Source: Novakomyces olei
Lineage: Eukaryota
DNA length: 64,000 nucleotides
Direction of reading: 5' to 3'
Assembly: GCA_016906335.1 (NCBI GenBank)
Contig: JADEYG010000003.1
Location: 1,426,001-1,490,000 of the forward strand
Shown here piece by piece: positions 61,146 to 64,000 of the stretch. The position numbers and the translations under genes are program-made. The notes beneath the pieces are model-generated. The model did no database searches. It had not been told where the DNA came from and worked only from the letters and a program-made list of their open reading frames with translations. The number at the start of each line of letters is the position of its first letter. The first letter of the stretch is position 1.

Positions 61146-61986
61146 TCGGCTTTGCACGCGTTGATCCTTATGAGCATCGGAATAATCAAGCAGTTTCAAA
61201 TGGTCAGCAAATTCAAACAAATTTTGTTACATCATATTCTATCATAATGTATTATCTAGTCGACTGTGGAATTAATTATTAATAGTGCTATCATTTGGTT
61301 AATTCATTCATCTTAAAATAATACATATAATTGCCAGTCATGACGCGTCGGTATTCTCTCAATTCTAAGAGCGTGCCCGAGGCTGTTGGGGTATTAAAGG
61401 TGGAGAGTCCTTTCACCATTTTCTAGCATTTTTAAGGGGTTTGAATGCTAATAAAAGAATTATTCATAATTTAATTGAATAATCGGATAAGGCGAATGCA
61501 GTATAAAAATTAACACCGCTTAAAATATTCGAATATTTTCCCAAGATTTGTTCAAGACATATACACACGACGAAAACAAATAAATCAGAGAAAAAAAACC
61601 AACAAAAACGCCGCATGTCTCCAGTTACTAATAAACACATTTGAGACTTTATAAGCGTGCGGGTGATTTTTGAGCAGACTTGTGACCTGCCTTTCTGAGC
61701 TTACTTACATGCGCAGCTTATAGATATTATAAGTAAGGGGCGTCAAATAGATTATGTTTTGTTTTCCGCTCTTGACTCCATTATTCGTTTAATTTTCTTG
61801 ATCTTTTTGCCATAACTTCCTAAAACAGTAATATCTGCCTTCTAACACCCTTTATGCCATTATAGAGTAATTATATTGATTTTTCAGTCGTTTAAATAAT
61901 CAACCAATTGTTTATTTAGTCTAGTTTCCTTATTTGTCTAATTTTTAGAAAACGTGAATCCATTTTTCCATAATAGTATTTGATAT

Positions 61987-64000
61987 TTATTCTATTGTCT
62001 GAACCAAAGGCGGCCATATAAATAAAGCCTTTTTAGAAGCTGTATCCGCATCAGGCTTTTTTGCCATCACTGTGGCCAGCTCTAAAGCGCTACACTTTGT
62101 GTCGTATTTCAAAAGTTGCACAGCCATTTCTTTAAAAGAAGGTAAATTGCTTTGTTCAGCAAAAGCGGCCCAACGCCTGGAGCACCATGGCTTAAGATAC
62201 AAAACACGTTGTAATAAAGCTTGGCATTTTGTTGAAAACTGAAAAAAGTATTAGCGAAAAGAAATCTTATATTTTTATTTATGCTGCCTTACCTTTGACT
62301 TACAAAGCTGCGCTAGCAAATGTGCTAAAAGTTCTCCATCTTCACCAGTATATGGTAATGTGTGAACTCCAGTAATGTATTTTTGATCTTTGGAAAGCAT
62401 TTCTGGATTTTGGCTTACAAAGTCGAGAGCAATTATCGATACTATAAGCTGGCTGCTGGACTGCCCGAGTTTTAATCTGCCATTAGATCAGTATCATTAA
62501 AAAATGAATTCAAAATATCGACAAAAAATAATCACCAAAAATACAGATGTGATAAAAATAGCTACATAAATAAAAATAAAATTAAGTGAATCGAAATTGC
62601 TTACAGATGTTCAAGTTTCTCGTACGCAAGCGACCGTCCTTGGTCGCCGCCCAATGCCAAAAGCACGTTACTCAATAATATCGTCAAGTCTACCTTTGGA
62701 GCGCTGGGGATATCAATACATTCCTGAAGGGTAGCCTGAGCCAATTCGCCGTCGTTGTTATGAAAGGCGCAAAGAGCTTTGCATAATAAAAGAGAAAGAC
62801 TAATATGAGGCATTTCATCAGAAGATTCCAAAAGACTTATACCAGTGTCGGCGGACTCGTACGCTAACGCAAGATTACCGCGAGCCAGATATAACCGGGA
62901 CAAAAGAGCCTTTATTTTTACAAAAGAACGCAAAACAGTTATATCTTCACTCGCTTCAAAGGCCTCTTCCAAGATGTCTGATAGTTCAAGCGCCAGTTTT
63001 TCTGCTTCTTCATATTGCTTGCTTCTCTCGAGGTAGGATGCCAATAGATACAAAGCCAAGCAGTTTTTAGAGTCGCGATATAAAATGTTCCGTAAATAAA
63101 ACACTATGGCACTTATATCGGAGCGGCTCATGGCAATGGATTTTTGACACAGTAATTCCAGACTCAACCGAGCAGACTGTAAAACAATTTGGTCCTAGAC
63201 ATTGTTAGGGATGAATAAAATATTAGACAAAATATTAGAAATAATATTATAATGATCAACAAATGTAAATAAACAAACGCATACCACTGATGGCCCAGTC
63301 AATGCGAGCCCATTATTGACAAGATCCAATGACCCCCTTAGGTCTCCTTCTATATTTGCAGTTAAAGACTGACCCATCCAAGCCCTCGCATGTTCAGGAT
63401 CTATAGTTTGCGACTTTATAAAGCATTCCAGCGCAAGTTCCAGCTCGTTCTCGGAAAGATACAACAGACCCAGATTTGTCCATATAGCGGGATTCTAAAT
63501 GTTGCGAATCAGTAAAAGCAAAATACTTTTGGGTCTTTCAAACTTGAAGCAACAAAATAATGCCAAGTAGAAATAAAAAATAATTTCCAAAACTCAAATT
63601 TAAATAAAATAAAAAAAAATTAGTCAAACGTTTCCGCTCATTACGCCATACCCTTTCGTTGAATTTCAAAGCTTTTATGAACGAATGTTGGGCCACCTTT
63701 GCATTCCTTTTAGACATTAAAACACCAAAAGTGTTCCAATAGTCAGACACAGGCGGGTTCAGACGGATAGCTTCCTTTACGCACGTGACTGCACTTTCCC
63801 TGAACTGATCTCCACAATTTTCAAACTCGGCGAAAGCCATAAAACATGTACCCAAATTAAACCACGAAGCAGCCGCCGCTATTCGATTACCGCCAAAGGT
63901 CAGTCGTACTTGCTGCAGATAGGCATTGATGGCATAATACGCAACTTCAGGCCAGCCGCCTTGCATACTGTCACGGCCATAATTTGTCCACGCCACAATA
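61987..64000 (-). CDS. ski3: TPR protein Ski3 (superkiller complex), 3' part, multi-exon
   Basis: YWNTFGV, VAQHSFIKAL, WTNLGLLYL, FIKSQTIDPEHARAWMGQ, C-terminal YLKPW and FIWP motifs; 5' end outside the window. Confidence 0.8.

Overview
Fungal nuclear DNA. The compact genes, short GT-AG introns with CTAAC-type branch points and fission-yeast-like Snf21/Elp3/Cbf5 suggest Taphrinomycotina (inference). The window has two zones. (1) 1-15.5 kb is a nested cluster of young LTR retrotransposons: element A (1-2846, Ty3/gypsy chromovirus 3' end), an LTR remnant and a gag-like fragment (2847-3550), and element B (3618-15002, minus strand, single gag-pol ORF). B is interrupted by an apparently intact element C (6978-12712, TSD CTTCA) and by a solo LTR (14053-14444, TSD GTACA), and sits inside a (TATAT)n satellite. 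(2) 15.8-64 kb is ordinary housekeeping DNA with about 22 protein genes and an intron-containing tRNA-Leu(CAA). The stand-out is an extra intronless ORF inside element A (1467-2468), between the chromodomain-integrase and the PPT/3' LTR. It encodes a C2H2 zinc finger fused to a KDM2/Epe1-like JmjC dioxygenase with all five cofactor residues present, making it a candidate retrotransposon-encoded anti-silencing histone demethylase. Elements B and C show the Tf1-type self-priming signature. All calls are by eye, without database searches.
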